A stretch of 64,000 nt of DNA from Pseudomonadota bacterium (GCA_039805865.1 JBDLTI010000003.1:381-64380); one strand, 5' to 3'; shown: positions 47,737-59,158, numbered from the stretch's first letter. The notes: generated by a model not told the origin, from the sequence alone. Numbers and translations: made by a program.

Positions 47737-48966
47737 ATGCGTCGTCGCGTCGTCGTCACAGGATTGGGCGTTATCAGCCCTGTAGGTAACACCGTTACAG
47801 AAGCATGGGATAGCCTGCTTGCTGGTCGAAGTGGTATCGCGGCAGTGACGCGTTTTGACGTTAGCACTTTTCCTACACGCATTGCTGGCGAGGTCAAAGG
47901 CTTTAATGTGGCAGATTATTTGCCTGCCAAAGACGCTCGACGCATGGATACCTTTATTCATTACGGCATGGCGGCAGGCATTCAGGCCGTTCGCGATGCC
48001 GGTCTGGGTGAAAACCCTGCCGATGCCGAGCGCATCGGTGTTTGTATTGGTTCCGGCATTGGTGGTTTGCCATTGATCGAAGATACCAAAGCCACTTTCG
48101 ATGCCGCTGGTGTTCGCAAGATTTCCCCATTCTTTGTGCCGGGCTCGATCATTAATATGATCTCCGGCAACCTGTCGATCATGTATGGTTTCAAGGGTCC
48201 GAACATTGCCCCTGTGACCGCATGTACAACCGGTTTGCACGCCATTGGTATGGCAAGCCGCATGATCGAATATGGTGATGCCGATGTGATGATCGCCGGT
48301 GGTGCTGAATCGACTATTTCACCGTTGGGTCTTGGCGGTTTCTGTGCTGCCCGTGCACTCTCTGAGCGTAACGATGATCCAGCTACGGCAAGCCGTCCAT
48401 GGGACAAAGACCGTGATGGCTTTGTGCTGGGCGAGGGTGCTGGTGTGATGGTGCTTGAAGAGTACGAACACGCTAAGGCACGTGGCGCCAAGATTTATGC
48501 AGAACTGTGCGGTTTCGGCATGAGCGGTGATGCGTATCACATGACAGCTCCGGATACCGATGGCCCTAAGCGCAGCATGCAAGCCGCGCTCAAGAATGCC
48601 GGTGTGAATACCGACAACGTTCAGTATCTCAATGCACACGGCACTTCAACGCCGCTGGGTGACAAGAACGAAACTGAAGCCATCAAACTGTTGTTTGGTG
48701 CGGATGCCAAGAAACTTGTGGTTAACTCCACCAAATCGATGACCGGCCACCTTCTGGGCGGTGCAGGTGGTCTGGAATCGGTGTTTACCGTCTTGGCGCT
48801 TCACCACCAGATTTCACCACCGACGATCAACATTTTCAATCAGGATCCCGAGTGCGATCTGGACTACTGTGCCAATACTGCGCGTGAAATGAAGATCGAT
48901 ATTGCGTTGAAGAACAACTTCGGCTTTGGTGGCACCAACGGTTCATTGGTCTTCAAGCGCTTCTAA
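47737..48966 (+). CDS. fabF: 3-oxoacyl-ACP synthase II
   Basis: TACTTG, NAHGTST, GHLLG, NNFGFGG. Confidence 0.97.
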   Translation: MRRRVVVTGLGVISPVGNTVTEAWDSLLAGRSGIAAVTRFDVSTFPTRIAGEVKGFNVADYLPAKDARRMDTFIHYGMAAGIQAVRDAGLGENPADAERIGVCIGSGIGGLPLIEDTKATFDAAGVRKISPFFVPGSIINMISGNLSIMYGFKGPNIAPVTACTTGLHAIGMASRMIEYGDADVMIAGGAESTISPLGLGGFCAARALSERNDDPATASRPWDKDRDGFVLGEGAGVMVLEEYEHAKARGAKIYAELCGFGMSGDAYHMTAPDTDGPKRSMQAALKNAGVNTDNVQYLNAHGTSTPLGDKNETEAIKLLFGADAKKLVVNSTKSMTGHLLGGAGGLESVFTVLALHHQISPPTINIFNQDPECDLDYCANTAREMKIDIALKNNFGFGGTNGSLVFKRF

Positions 48967-48971
48967 ACGTT

Positions 48972-49406
48972 ATGTTGAGCCGGCTAGAGATTCGGCCGGT
49001 TGCATCGCGCCGCCTTCGGGCGGCGTTGCTTTTGGTGTTGTCACTGGCGGGCTTGAGTCTCAGTCAGAGCAGTCTTTCTGGTCATTCGCTTGCCGTTGTT
49101 GGATTCTTACTCCTGGCTGTTTTCGTGCAGGCTTGGCGAACAGCGTCTCTTACGCCGCCTCCGATTGCACTAGCATTCAAACCTATTAAGGCATTTCTGA
49201 TTGATTTTAAGGCGGCTGATACACCCATCCGCTGTACGCGTCTGAGTGTCTATCCCTGGTTGATCCTGCTGCATGTCGAGATTCCGCAGCAAGGCCGGCA
49301 GGTGATTGTTCTGTTGCCGGATAGTTTGCCAGATCGTTCGGTGGATCAATGGCGAAAACTACTGGTGTGGGCGAAGCGCATGCGTCGTCAGATTGCGACG
49401 CAATAA
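48972..49406 (+). CDS. Membrane protein, YgfX-like
   Basis: Two N-terminal TM helices and a C-terminal 'LLPDSL...WRKLLVW' pattern. Confidence 0.6.
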   Translation: MLSRLEIRPVASRRLRAALLLVLSLAGLSLSQSSLSGHSLAVVGFLLLAVFVQAWRTASLTPPPIALAFKPIKAFLIDFKAADTPIRCTRLSVYPWLILLHVEIPQQGRQVIVLLPDSLPDRSVDQWRKLLVWAKRMRRQIATQ

Positions 49407-49413
49407 CAACGTG

Positions 49414-51021
49414 TTAGCTACGGCGGCGCAGAATCGTATTTTTAACCCGTTTCTGGGGGTCCGGATAGTCTCGTGAGTAATGGAGACCTCGGCTCTCTTT
49501 GCGACGTAGCGCCGACCGCACAATCAGGTCGGCTGTTTGAACCAGATTCCGTAACTCCAGTAGATCGTGGCTAATCCGGAAGTTGGCGTAAAACTCATCA
49601 ATCTCGCGGGTAAGCAGACGAATGCGATGTTGTGCCCGAAGCAGACGTTTGGTCGTACGAACGATGCCAACGTAGTCCCACATGAAACGGCGCAGTTCGT
49701 CCCAGTTATGCGAGATAACAATTTCTTCATCGGCATCCGTTACCCGACTTTCATCCCAGTGCGGCAAACTTGTTGGTGTCGGCAGCGGATTCGCGATGAT
49801 CATGTCCGTGGCGGCGCGCGAATAGACCAGACATTCCAGTAGGGAGTTGGATGCCAGCCGGTTTGCGCCATGCAGACCACTGCAAGTCACTTCGCCTGCA
49901 GCATAAAGCCCGGATAAATCCGTGCGACCATGCTGGTCAATCATGACGCCCCCACAGGTGTAATGCGCCGCCGGCACAACGGGTATGGGCTCTTTGGTGA
50001 TATCAATGCCAAGTTGTAGGCAGCGTTCGTAGATGGTCGGGAAATGCGAACGAATAAATTCAGCAGGCTGATGCGAGATGTCCAAGTACACACAATCGAG
50101 GCCGTGGCGTTTCATTTCTGCATCAATCGCACGGGCCACGATGTCGCGCGGGGCTAACTCTGCGCGAAGATCGTAGTCATCCATAAAGCGGGTGCCATCT
50201 GGGCGTTTGAGCAAACCACCTTCACCACGAACAGCTTCACTGATCAGAAATGATTTTTCCTGTGGGTGATAAAGACAAGTGGGGTGAAACTGGATGAACT
50301 CCATGTTGGCAATTCGACAACCTGCGCGCCAGGCCATGGCAATGCCATCACCTGTCGATGTATCGGGATTGGTTGTGTACAGATAAACCTTTCCTGCGCC
50401 CCCGGTCGCCAGGATTGTCTGACCCGCAGCAATTGTCTTAACTTCTCCTGATGCGCTATCCAGCACATAGGCGCCAAGGCAGCGATCTTTTTGCCCTAAA
50501 GACTGATGATCGACTTTGCTGGCTGTAATCAGATCCACCACGATGTGGTGTTCCATCACACAGATATTCGGATGATTGCGTACCTGGGGGGTGAGGGTGT
50601 CTTGAACAGCCGCACCGGTGGCATCGTCGACATGAATAACCCGACGGTGACTATGGCCACCTTCTCGCGTCAGATGGTATCGACCATCTTCACGTGTAAA
50701 GGGGACCCCGCGGTCGATGAGCCACTGAATTGCTTCGGCGGCGTGTTCAATAGCAAAGCGAGTCGCGCTTGGGTCATTAAGATAGGCTCCGGCAGTGAGC
50801 GTATCTGCAATGTGGTTTTCTACCGAGTCGGTGCTATCCAGAACAGCAGCGATACCACCCTGAGCCCAACCCGAAGCCGAGTCGACAAGCCGTCTCTTAC
50901 TGGCAAGGCCAACTTTCAGCCCTGTATCGGCAAGGCACAATGCAGCACTCTGGCCAGCCAGGCCACTGCCGATGATGAGCACATCGAAACGGTTTGTGCA
51001 GGGTGAGGAAGTCTGGTTCAA
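49414..51021 (-). CDS. nadB: L-aspartate oxidase
   Basis: [41 protein letters not shown]. Start uncertain (TTG 51021 assumed). Confidence 0.95.
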   Translation of the reverse strand: MNQTSSPCTNRFDVLIIGSGLAGQSAALCLADTGLKVGLASKRRLVDSASGWAQGGIAAVLDSTDSVENHIADTLTAGAYLNDPSATRFAIEHAAEAIQWLIDRGVPFTREDGRYHLTREGGHSHRRVIHVDDATGAAVQDTLTPQVRNHPNICVMEHHIVVDLITASKVDHQSLGQKDRCLGAYVLDSASGEVKTIAAGQTILATGGAGKVYLYTTNPDTSTGDGIAMAWRAGCRIANMEFIQFHPTCLYHPQEKSFLISEAVRGEGGLLKRPDGTRFMDDYDLRAELAPRDIVARAIDAEMKRHGLDCVYLDISHQPAEFIRSHFPTIYERCLQLGIDITKEPIPVVPAAHYTCGGVMIDQHGRTDLSGLYAAGEVTCSGLHGANRLASNSLLECLVYSRAATDMIIANPLPTPTSLPHWDESRVTDADEEIVISHNWDELRRFMWDYVGIVRTTKRLLRAQHRIRLLTREIDEFYANFRISHDLLELRNLVQTADLIVRSALRRKESRGLHYSRDYPDPQKRVKNTILRRRS

Positions 51022-51137
51022 CGCAGTATGAGGTCGGGGATAGCCAGTATGGCGAAAAGGACGTTCACAACTTAAACTATCGGGCATTCTACAAGGTTAG
51101 AACGGAAACAGACATTAAACAGACGACAGATTCGTTA

Positions 51138-51746
51138 ATGGATAGCGTTATTCCGGCTAAAGGCAAAGAAGCCGAGGCGGAAGCAGCGTTATTGGCGGCG
51201 GCCAAGGCGGGGGATCGGACGGCTTTTGAGTGCCTCGTGGTTGCTTGTCAATCCCGTATTCTGCGCTGGTTGGCACGACTGACGCAGGATCGCGCTGTAG
51301 CCGAGGAGCTCTTGCAGGAGTCTCTTTTTAAAGCCTTTATTTCTCTCAGCAGTTTCCGGGGGGACGCGACTTTTGCGACATGGTTAGCCCGAATCGCCCA
51401 CAATACCTTTCTGGCTTGGAGCAAGGTAAATCGCAGACGACCTGATCAGGAAATGCTTGATGACGATACGGTGGCATCTAACGCTGGATCTGTCGATTGG
51501 CCTAGCTTCAGCGAAAGCCCTGAGACCTTGCTCTGGCAGCAGGAATTGTCAGATAGTCTGGGCCATGCCATGACTGAATTGCCTGAGGTCTTGAGACAAG
51601 CACTCACACTACGTGAGCAAGACGGCTTGAGTTATGAAGAAATTGCCCAAATTCAAGAAGTGCCAATCGGTACTGTGCGTTCACGGATTCATCGCGCCCG
51701 TGAATCCTTGTCGCACACCCTTAAGGGATTGATGGAGCCAGCATGA
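51138..51746 (+). CDS. rpoE: ECF sigma factor of RpoE/AlgU type (divergent)
   Basis: FRGDATFATWL and SYEEIAQ...GTVRSRIHRAR; nadB-divergent position; ATG at 51138. Confidence 0.85.
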   Translation: MDSVIPAKGKEAEAEAALLAAAKAGDRTAFECLVVACQSRILRWLARLTQDRAVAEELLQESLFKAFISLSSFRGDATFATWLARIAHNTFLAWSKVNRRRPDQEMLDDDTVASNAGSVDWPSFSESPETLLWQQELSDSLGHAMTELPEVLRQALTLREQDGLSYEEIAQIQEVPIGTVRSRIHRARESLSHTLKGLMEPA

Positions 51747-52006
51747 CCGGATCTTTTACTGAAATATTACTGGAGCAGGAAACGCGGGTTTCTGCACTGA
51801 TCGATGGCGAAACTTCGTTGCCCATCGAAGCATTGAGCGTTGCAGCAAGCGAGATGCAACAGTTTTACCATTATCAATTGATACGTCAGACATTACGGGG
51901 TGCCGTCATGACATCGGATGGCCATGAAACATATACCTGGAGTCAAACACGGTTTACCAAACTCTGGGCTCGCGTCGATGAGCAGTCGGACGTTCAAAGG
52001 CCTTGA
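51743..52006 (+). CDS. RseA-like anti-sigma factor, N-terminal domain only (no TM segment)
   Basis: SALIDGE...YQLIRQTLRG matches the RseA/MucA N-terminal pattern; ends at 87 aa; overlaps the rpoE stop. Confidence 0.75.
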   Translation: MTGSFTEILLEQETRVSALIDGETSLPIEALSVAASEMQQFYHYQLIRQTLRGAVMTSDGHETYTWSQTRFTKLWARVDEQSDVQRP

Positions 52007-52027
52007 AATAGCGTAGGATTCGCACTT

Positions 52028-52501
52028 ATGGCAGAACGTGAAGCGCAAGTCATTGAAGTCATTCCAGCAACCCGGCCCGATGTGCCAGGTTTGGCGCGCC
52101 TTCATTTTGAAGTATCTGGTGGTTGCGGCCGATGCAATGAGACTGGCGGCTGCGGCGGTGTCAGCATTGCGCAACCCCTATGCAGTAAACCAAAGACTTT
52201 GCTGGTTGCCGATAACATTGGCGTGCGTGCGGGTGACAAGGTGTTGGTGGCCATACCGGATGCCTTGCTTTCCCAGGGCATTACCCGAGCTTACCTGATT
52301 CCCCTGATTTTGTTGTTCGCTGGAAGCACTCTAGGCGCCATGGTTTTACCTGATCTTTTACCCATACGTTGGCAACTCACGCCTGATGTGGGTGCGATAG
52401 CGGGTGCCGGTATCGGCCTGATTGCTGCCTGGTGGCAGCTACAACGCAACCAGAAATCCCGGGCGATGGTTGCGCCACGTATCGTTCGTCGCCTGATCTG
52501 A
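52028..52501 (+). CDS. rseC: RseC/MucC (SoxR reducing system) family protein
   Basis: GCGRCNETGGCGG Cys cluster, VRAGDKV, AYLIPL and two TM helices. Confidence 0.88.
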   Translation: MAEREAQVIEVIPATRPDVPGLARLHFEVSGGCGRCNETGGCGGVSIAQPLCSKPKTLLVADNIGVRAGDKVLVAIPDALLSQGITRAYLIPLILLFAGSTLGAMVLPDLLPIRWQLTPDVGAIAGAGIGLIAAWWQLQRNQKSRAMVAPRIVRRLI

Positions 52502-52530
52502 AATTCTCCGTACCTCTTGTGAAACTGGAT

Positions 52531-53979
52531 ATGAGCACCTCGTACAAGCGCCTTCTACAAATTTGCCTGTTTTGTTTTTCTTTGTCTCTGAGTGCTGTGG
52601 CGCAGGCACAAAGCCGTGGCTTGCCCGATTTTGTTGAACTGGCTGAAAAGCAGTCGCCTTCAGTGGTGAATATCAGCACGGTACAGAACAACCGGGGTAG
52701 GGCAACGAGTAACGGCATACCTATGGATCCAACAGATCCTGCCTATGAAATCTTCCGCCGGTTCTTCCCGCAGGCACCGGGAAATGGTCAACCACAGCAG
52801 GAAAACCGATCGCTGGGTTCAGGTTTCATCATCACGGCCGATGGTTACATCATGACAAATGCACACGTGATTGATGGTGCAGACGAGGTAACCGTCAAGC
52901 TTCTCGATAAGCGTGAGTTCCGCGCCAAGGTGATTGGTGCCGACAAGCGCACCGATGTGGCTTTGCTGAAGATTGACGCGAATGGCCTGCCCGCAGTAAA
53001 ACTAGGCGACTCCGGCAGTTTGAAGCCGGGTGAATGGGTCGTTGCCATCGGTAGTCCCTTTGGCTTTGAGCATTCTGTAACGGCGGGCATAGTCAGCGCT
53101 AAGGGACGTGCGTTGCCCCAGGAAAATTACGTACCGTTTATTCAGACCGATGTCGCTATCAACCCGGGCAATTCGGGGGGTCCATTATTTAACCTGCGCG
53201 GTGAGGTTATTGGTATTAACTCGCAGATATTCAGTCGCTCCGGTGGTTTCATGGGCATTTCTTTTGCGATTCCTATCGACCTGGCCATGGATATTCAGCA
53301 GCAGTTACGTTCCAAGGGTCGTGCAAGTCATGGACGAATGGGTGTTTCTATTCAGGAAGTTACCCGAGAAGTGGCAGAGGCCTTTGGGTTGCCCAAGTCG
53401 GGTGGTGCACTGGTGAACAGCGTTGAGCCAAACGGCCCGGCTGCCCGTGCCGGTATTGAACCGGGTGATGTCATTCTCAAGTTCGATAGCAAACCAATCA
53501 CCGTCTCCAGCGACCTGCCACGTATGGTGGGTGCGCTGAAACCGGGTACTAAATCTCAGGTAGAACTCTGGCGCAAAGGGCAAGTCCGTTCGGTGAGCGT
53601 CACTATTGGCGAATTCCAGGAGGATCGGGTGGCTTCCAATAAGCCCGCTGCTCGTGGCGTCGGTGAGGCAACCAATAGCCGTCTGGGTATTGCAGTCTCT
53701 GATCTGACTACCGAGCAGAAGCAGCAAATGCGTCTCAACGCCGGCATTCTGGTGATTGATATCCGTCCGGGTAGCCGAGTTGATTTGCGTCCGGGTGACG
53801 TGATTCTGGCTGTAACCGCCAAAGGTGACACACAGGATGTCCGCTCGGTTCAGCAATTTAACCAGATCATCGCTCAAATGGATGCGAAAGCACCAGCAAC
53901 TTTGCTGATTCGTCGCTCAAACGTTCAGATCTTTGTGCCTATTCCACAGGCGCAACCGGCACAGCCAGGGCTACGCTAA
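52531..53979 (+). CDS. DegP/DegQ/MucD family serine endoprotease
   Basis: TNAHV, TDVALLK, GNSGGPL triad and two PDZ domains; signal peptide from ATG 52531. Confidence 0.95.
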   Translation: MSTSYKRLLQICLFCFSLSLSAVAQAQSRGLPDFVELAEKQSPSVVNISTVQNNRGRATSNGIPMDPTDPAYEIFRRFFPQAPGNGQPQQENRSLGSGFIITADGYIMTNAHVIDGADEVTVKLLDKREFRAKVIGADKRTDVALLKIDANGLPAVKLGDSGSLKPGEWVVAIGSPFGFEHSVTAGIVSAKGRALPQENYVPFIQTDVAINPGNSGGPLFNLRGEVIGINSQIFSRSGGFMGISFAIPIDLAMDIQQQLRSKGRASHGRMGVSIQEVTREVAEAFGLPKSGGALVNSVEPNGPAARAGIEPGDVILKFDSKPITVSSDLPRMVGALKPGTKSQVELWRKGQVRSVSVTIGEFQEDRVASNKPAARGVGEATNSRLGIAVSDLTTEQKQQMRLNAGILVIDIRPGSRVDLRPGDVILAVTAKGDTQDVRSVQQFNQIIAQMDAKAPATLLIRRSNVQIFVPIPQAQPAQPGLR

Positions 53980-54112
53980 AAGCCCACTAAGGGCTGGTGT
54001 ACGAAGACCGCCAGCCTTAGCCCTGATCCGGTAGAATAGCGGGTTATTCTGGCGCTTCTGTAGCGCTCTTATTGCACTTGTTGCCAGCTTAATGCTGGAA
54101 AAATGGAATTCC

Positions 54113-55906
54113 GTGAAGCACATACGTAACTTTTCGATCATCGCCCATATTGACCATGGCAAATCGACTCTGGCGGATCGCCTGATTCATCGTTGCGGTG
54201 GTTTGTCTGATCGGGAAATGGCCGCCCAGGTTCTGGACTCGATGGATATCGAAAAGGAACGCGGCATTACCATCAAGGCGCAGACGGCTGCACTGGATTA
54301 CAAGGCCAAAGATGGTCAGACCTATCGTCTGAATCTGATCGATACACCGGGACACGTGGATTTTTCCTATGAAGTCTCGCGCTCGCTATCCGCTTGCGAA
54401 GGGGCGCTACTGGTCGTCGATGCCTCGCAAGGGGTAGAAGCCCAGACGGTCGCCAACTGTTATACCGCGCTTGATCTCGGGGTCGAGGTGGTACCGGTGC
54501 TCAACAAAATCGATTTGCCGTCCGCCAACCCGGAAAATGCCCGGGCCGAGATTGAAGATGTGATTGGCATTGATGCTACTGAAGCCGTAGAGGCGAGCGC
54601 CAAAACCGGTATTGGTATCGACGATATTCTCGAACAGGTGATCGCCAAGATTCCGGCACCAGAGGGTGACCCGGCTGCGCCGCTTAAGGCACTGATTGTC
54701 GACTCGTGGTTCGATAACTATGTCGGCGTGGTCATGCTGGTGCGTGTGATTGATGGTTGCCTGAAGCCCAAAGACAAGATGCGCCTGATGTCGACAGGTG
54801 CTACCCACTTGTGTGAACAGGTGGGTATCTTTACGCCGAAATCAAAGCAACAACCCCAGCTATCGGCCGGTGAAGTAGGCTTTGTTATTTCCGGGCTCAA
54901 AGAACTGAAGGCTGCGCGTGTGGGTGACACCATCACGTTGGCAGATCGTCCGGCCGATAAGCCGCTGGAAGGCTTCAAGGAAATTAAACCGCAGGTGTTT
55001 GCGGGTCTGTACCCGGTAGAGCCGAATGAGTATGAGCAGCTGCGTGATTCGTTGGAAAAGTTACAACTGAACGATGCCGCACTCCAGTTCGAGCCTGAAG
55101 TTTCTCAGGCACTTGGCTTTGGTTTCCGTTGTGGTTTCCTCGGTCTATTGCATATGGAAATTGTGCAAGAGCGCCTCGAACGTGAGTTTGATATGGACCT
55201 CATTACCACGGCACCGACTGTGGTTTATGAAGTCTGTTTGCGCAACGGCGAAGAAATTATTGTTGAAAACCCGTCACGCTTGCCGGATATTGGCAAGATT
55301 GAAGAAATACGTGAGCCGATCATTACCGCTTTTATTTTTCTGCCGCAGGATTACGTAGGCTCAGTGATCACCTTGTGTAACCAGAAGCGCGGGTCACAGA
55401 TCGATATGCGTTACCACGGTCGACAGGTTCAGATGATCTATGAACTACCACTCTCTGAAGTGGTGTTCGATTTTTTCGACAAGCTGAAGTCGGTTTCCCG
55501 CGGCTATGCCTCGCTGGATTACGAATTTAAGGAATACCGTACGGCAGATATGGTCAAGCTTGATGTGCTGATCAATGGAGACAAAGTTGATGCGTTGTCA
55601 CTGATCGTGCACCGTTCCAGCTCGGTCTATCGTGGCCGTGAACTGGTCAGCAAAATGCGTGAACTTATTCCGCGTCAGATGTATGACGTTGCGATTCAAG
55701 CGGCGCTGGGTGCGCAAATTATTGCCCGTGAAACAGTCAAAGCCATGCGTAAGGATGTGCTTGCCAAGTGTTATGGCGGTGATATCTCCCGTAAGAAAAA
55801 GCTGCTCGAGAAGCAGAAAGCCGGTAAGAAGCGTATGAAGCAGATCGGCTCGGTAGAAGTCCCGCAGGAAGCATTCCTGGCAGTCTTGCGCGTTGACGGC
55901 AAATAA
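54113..55906 (+). CDS. lepA: Elongation factor 4
   Basis: [18 protein letters not shown] and [18 protein letters not shown]; GTG start at 54113 assumed. Confidence 0.98.
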   Translation: MKHIRNFSIIAHIDHGKSTLADRLIHRCGGLSDREMAAQVLDSMDIEKERGITIKAQTAALDYKAKDGQTYRLNLIDTPGHVDFSYEVSRSLSACEGALLVVDASQGVEAQTVANCYTALDLGVEVVPVLNKIDLPSANPENARAEIEDVIGIDATEAVEASAKTGIGIDDILEQVIAKIPAPEGDPAAPLKALIVDSWFDNYVGVVMLVRVIDGCLKPKDKMRLMSTGATHLCEQVGIFTPKSKQQPQLSAGEVGFVISGLKELKAARVGDTITLADRPADKPLEGFKEIKPQVFAGLYPVEPNEYEQLRDSLEKLQLNDAALQFEPEVSQALGFGFRCGFLGLLHMEIVQERLEREFDMDLITTAPTVVYEVCLRNGEEIIVENPSRLPDIGKIEEIREPIITAFIFLPQDYVGSVITLCNQKRGSQIDMRYHGRQVQMIYELPLSEVVFDFFDKLKSVSRGYASLDYEFKEYRTADMVKLDVLINGDKVDALSLIVHRSSSVYRGRELVSKMRELIPRQMYDVAIQAALGAQIIARETVKAMRKDVLAKCYGGDISRKKKLLEKQKAGKKRMKQIGSVEVPQEAFLAVLRVDGK

Positions 55907-55939
55907 ACCGATATAAGTCATTAAGTACGGAACGATTGA

Positions 55940-56728
55940 ATGAATTTTGCACTGATTCTATTTCTGATTACCCTTGCCACCGGTATCCTGTGGCTGATTG
56001 ATGTGCTCTATGCCCGTAAGCTGCGTGCGCCAGGCAGTAAAAATCCGATCTGGGTAGAGTGGGGTGCTAGCCTGTTTCCGGTGATTCTGGCCGTATTTGC
56101 GCTACGTTCTTTTGTCGTGGAACCATTCAAGATTCCATCCGGATCCATGATCCCTACGCTTCAAGTGGGTGACTATATTCTGGTGAATAAGTTCACCTAT
56201 GGCTTGCGGTTACCCATCGTCGGCACAGAGATTGTTTCTGGCAATCCGGTCGCGCGTGGCGATGTGGTCGTTTTCCGTTACCCTCCTGAACCGAATGTTG
56301 ATTACATTAAACGTGTGATTGGCTTACCGGGCGATACGGTAAGTTATCAGAATAAGCAGCTGACCATTAATGGCGTACCGGTTCCGCGCACGTCTGAAGC
56401 TGATTACCTGCATCCGGACCGCATGTACTACTCCAAGCAGTATAGGGAAACTCTCAACACCGTTACCTATAACACGCTGAATGACGCCGATGCGCCTGCC
56501 TTTGTGCCCGATGTCGCACGCTTTCCCTATCGCGATCAATGCCGCTATGACAGTGCCGGCTTCGTTTGCAAAGTCCCGGCTGGCAATTACTTTGTGATGG
56601 GTGATAACCGTGACAACAGTAAAGATAGCCGCGTCTGGGGTTTTGTGCCTGATGCCAATATTGTCGGCAAAGCCTTCTTCATCTGGTTCCATTGGGGTGA
56701 GTTGGGTCGTATTGGCTCCTTCCGCTAA
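55940..56728 (+). CDS. lepB: Signal peptidase I
   Basis: IPSGSM, DYIKRVIG, GDNRDNSKDSR. Confidence 0.97.
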   Translation: MNFALILFLITLATGILWLIDVLYARKLRAPGSKNPIWVEWGASLFPVILAVFALRSFVVEPFKIPSGSMIPTLQVGDYILVNKFTYGLRLPIVGTEIVSGNPVARGDVVVFRYPPEPNVDYIKRVIGLPGDTVSYQNKQLTINGVPVPRTSEADYLHPDRMYYSKQYRETLNTVTYNTLNDADAPAFVPDVARFPYRDQCRYDSAGFVCKVPAGNYFVMGDNRDNSKDSRVWGFVPDANIVGKAFFIWFHWGELGRIGSFR

Positions 56729-56740
56729 ACAAGATTCGGT

Positions 56741-57472
56741 ATGACGCAAACAGGTCAGCGCACCGTAATGGCTCAGAACAGACTGGCGTCCCTCGAGTCT
56801 GCTATTGGCTATCAATTTTGTGATCAGACGCTGCTTGATCAGGCGCTGACGCATCGTAGCTATGGTCGCGACCACTACGAGCGCCTGGAATTTCTCGGGG
56901 ATTCGATCCTCAATGCGGTCGTCGCTCAGGCGCTCTTTCAGACATTTCCTGATCTGCCCGAGGGGGATCTATCTCGCTTGCGCGCGAATCTGGTGTGTCA
57001 GGATCAACTGGTTACCGTTGCCGGAGATCTCTCAATCAGTCGATACATGCGTCTGGGTGAGGGTGAGTTAAAGAGTGGCGGGCAGAATCGGCCATCGATC
57101 ATGGCGGATACCGTAGAAGCCCTTTATGGCGCCATCTGGCAGGATGCGGGCTTTGAAACAGCGCGGCGTGTGATCCTGGCAAGTTTTACCCAGCGTATTA
57201 ATGCGATTGACCTTAATAAACTACCCTCGGCCAAAGACGCTAAAACGCGTTTGCAGGAATGGCTGCAGGGATGTCGGCTGCCGCTACCGGTTTATGACAC
57301 GCCCATGGTGAGCGGTGCTGCACATGCCCAAACCTTTGAAGTGTTGTGTCATATTGCCGAGCATCAGATTCAAACTTGCGGCAAAGGCCCCACACGTCGG
57401 GCGGCAGAGCAACAGGCCGCTGAACTGGCGCTTGCACAACTAGAAGCTGTTCACCAGGATAAAAAGCGATGA
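56741..57472 (+). CDS. rnc: Ribonuclease III
   Basis: ERLEFLGDS signature and dsRBD (DAKTRLQEWLQ). Confidence 0.97.
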   Translation: MTQTGQRTVMAQNRLASLESAIGYQFCDQTLLDQALTHRSYGRDHYERLEFLGDSILNAVVAQALFQTFPDLPEGDLSRLRANLVCQDQLVTVAGDLSISRYMRLGEGELKSGGQNRPSIMADTVEALYGAIWQDAGFETARRVILASFTQRINAIDLNKLPSAKDAKTRLQEWLQGCRLPLPVYDTPMVSGAAHAQTFEVLCHIAEHQIQTCGKGPTRRAAEQQAAELALAQLEAVHQDKKR

Positions 57473-58380
57473 CCGAACTTTCTATCGAACTGCCTGAGCA
57501 CCAGGCGCCAGCCGGGCTTGTAGCACTGGTAGGACGCCCCAATGTCGGCAAGTCGACTCTGCTGAACCGGTTGATTGGTGAAAAGCTGAGCATTACCTCC
57601 CGCAAGGCACAGACAACGCGTCACCGCATCATGGGCGTACGTACGGACGAAGATGCCCAGTACGTTTTTGTCGATACGCCCGGGTTTCAGACTAAACACA
57701 GCTCGGCCTTAAATCGCACCATGAATCGTGGCGTGACCCAGGCCTTACAGGATGTGGATGTCATTTGCTTTGTCATCGAGGCAGGTCGCTTTGGCGATGC
57801 CGATCGTAAGGTATTGGCATTGCTTCCCGAAGATCGCCCTGTCATTCTGGTGCTCAACAAGATTGACCAGCTGAAAGATAAGGCAGCGTTGCTACCCTTT
57901 GTCGCCAAACTGGCAGAAGTACATAACTGGGCAGCTGTCGTCCCGGTGAGTGCAGAAAAGGGCACGCAAGTAGAAGCACTACTCTCAGAAATAAAAAAGG
58001 CGTTACCTGAGCAGGGTTTTCTGTACGATCCCGATACGCTCACTGATCGCAGCGAGCGTTTTATTGCTTCCGAATACATTCGTGAAAAGCTTTTTCGTCT
58101 ACTAGGTGACGAGTTGCCTTATGCAGCTACGGTAGAGATTGAGAAATTCGAAACAGAAGGCGACCTACGCCGAATTTTTGCCGCTATCGTTGTTGATCGG
58201 GACTCCCACAAACCAATGATCATCGGACGTAATGGTGAAACACTCAAACGTATCGCCTCGGAAGCACGTCAGGATATGACCCGGATGTTTGGTGGCACCG
58301 TCTATCTGGAGCTTTGGGTTAAGGTCAAATCGGGCTGGGCGGATGATGAGCGCCTACTGCGTACCTTAGGCTACGAATAA
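57469..58380 (+). CDS. era: GTPase Era
   Basis: GRPNVGKS, DTPG, NKID, KH domain. Confidence 0.98.
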   Translation: MTELSIELPEHQAPAGLVALVGRPNVGKSTLLNRLIGEKLSITSRKAQTTRHRIMGVRTDEDAQYVFVDTPGFQTKHSSALNRTMNRGVTQALQDVDVICFVIEAGRFGDADRKVLALLPEDRPVILVLNKIDQLKDKAALLPFVAKLAEVHNWAAVVPVSAEKGTQVEALLSEIKKALPEQGFLYDPDTLTDRSERFIASEYIREKLFRLLGDELPYAATVEIEKFETEGDLRRIFAAIVVDRDSHKPMIIGRNGETLKRIASEARQDMTRMFGGTVYLELWVKVKSGWADDERLLRTLGYE

Positions 58381-58405
58381 CCGTTCGCTGACGCTAAACC
58401 GATCT

Positions 58406-59137
58406 ATGCGGCCCGTAAAAGTCGAACGCCAGCCAGCCTTTGTGCTGCACAGTCGGCCGTATCGGGAAACCAGTCTGATTGTTGAAGCGATAACCCGCGA
58501 TTACGGGCGTATGGCTCTGGTAGCCAAAGGGGTGCGCCGCCCGCGATCTGCCATGCGGGGTGTGCTAATGGCGTTCCAACCGCTGGAGATGACCTGGAGC
58601 GGGAAGGGCGAAGTTGTTACGCTGCACAATGCCGAATGGCAGGGGGGGCAGCCCTTATTGCAAGGTCGTGCCTTGCTCTGTGCCTATTATCTGAATGAGT
58701 TGCTGATGAATCTGCTGCCCCGTGAAGATGCCCATGAGCAGCTATTTACTCACTACAGCAGTACCTTGCAAGCGCTCTCGACATCCGAGTCTCATGATGC
58801 GGCTTACTTTTCGGGCGTATTACGCCGTTTCGAGAAACAGCTACTTGGGGAACTCGGTTATGGCCTGATGCTGCTTCATGATGCGAGTGGCCAGCCGATT
58901 GTTCCTGCTGACCGCTATCTTTATGAAATGGAGTCTGGGCCGAGGATCATTGCGGATTCTTCGGCGAGCGCCGGTACAATAAGCGGGCAGACATTGCTCG
59001 ATATGGAAGCAGAGTCTTTTGATAACCCCGTTTCACTGCTCGAGAGTAAACAACTCATGCGCAGTCTGATGGCTTTTTATTTGAATGGTCGGCAACTGCA
59101 TAGCCGTCGTCTGTTCGAAGATCTGGCTGACCTCTGA
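58406..59137 (+). CDS. recO: DNA repair protein RecO
   Basis: AFVLHSRPYRETSL, YLNELL, LHSRRLF. Confidence 0.96.
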   Translation: MRPVKVERQPAFVLHSRPYRETSLIVEAITRDYGRMALVAKGVRRPRSAMRGVLMAFQPLEMTWSGKGEVVTLHNAEWQGGQPLLQGRALLCAYYLNELLMNLLPREDAHEQLFTHYSSTLQALSTSESHDAAYFSGVLRRFEKQLLGELGYGLMLLHDASGQPIVPADRYLYEMESGPRIIADSSASAGTISGQTLLDMEAESFDNPVSLLESKQLMRSLMAFYLNGRQLHSRRLFEDLADL

Positions 59138-59158
59138 ATTGCCTAATGAACATCCATC

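Noticed and set aside
51068-51092. Autoregulatory sigma-E promoter (CAACTT...TCTAC) upstream of rpoE
   Set aside because: Spacer is 14 nt rather than about 16 and the -35 lacks the G; too weak to call.
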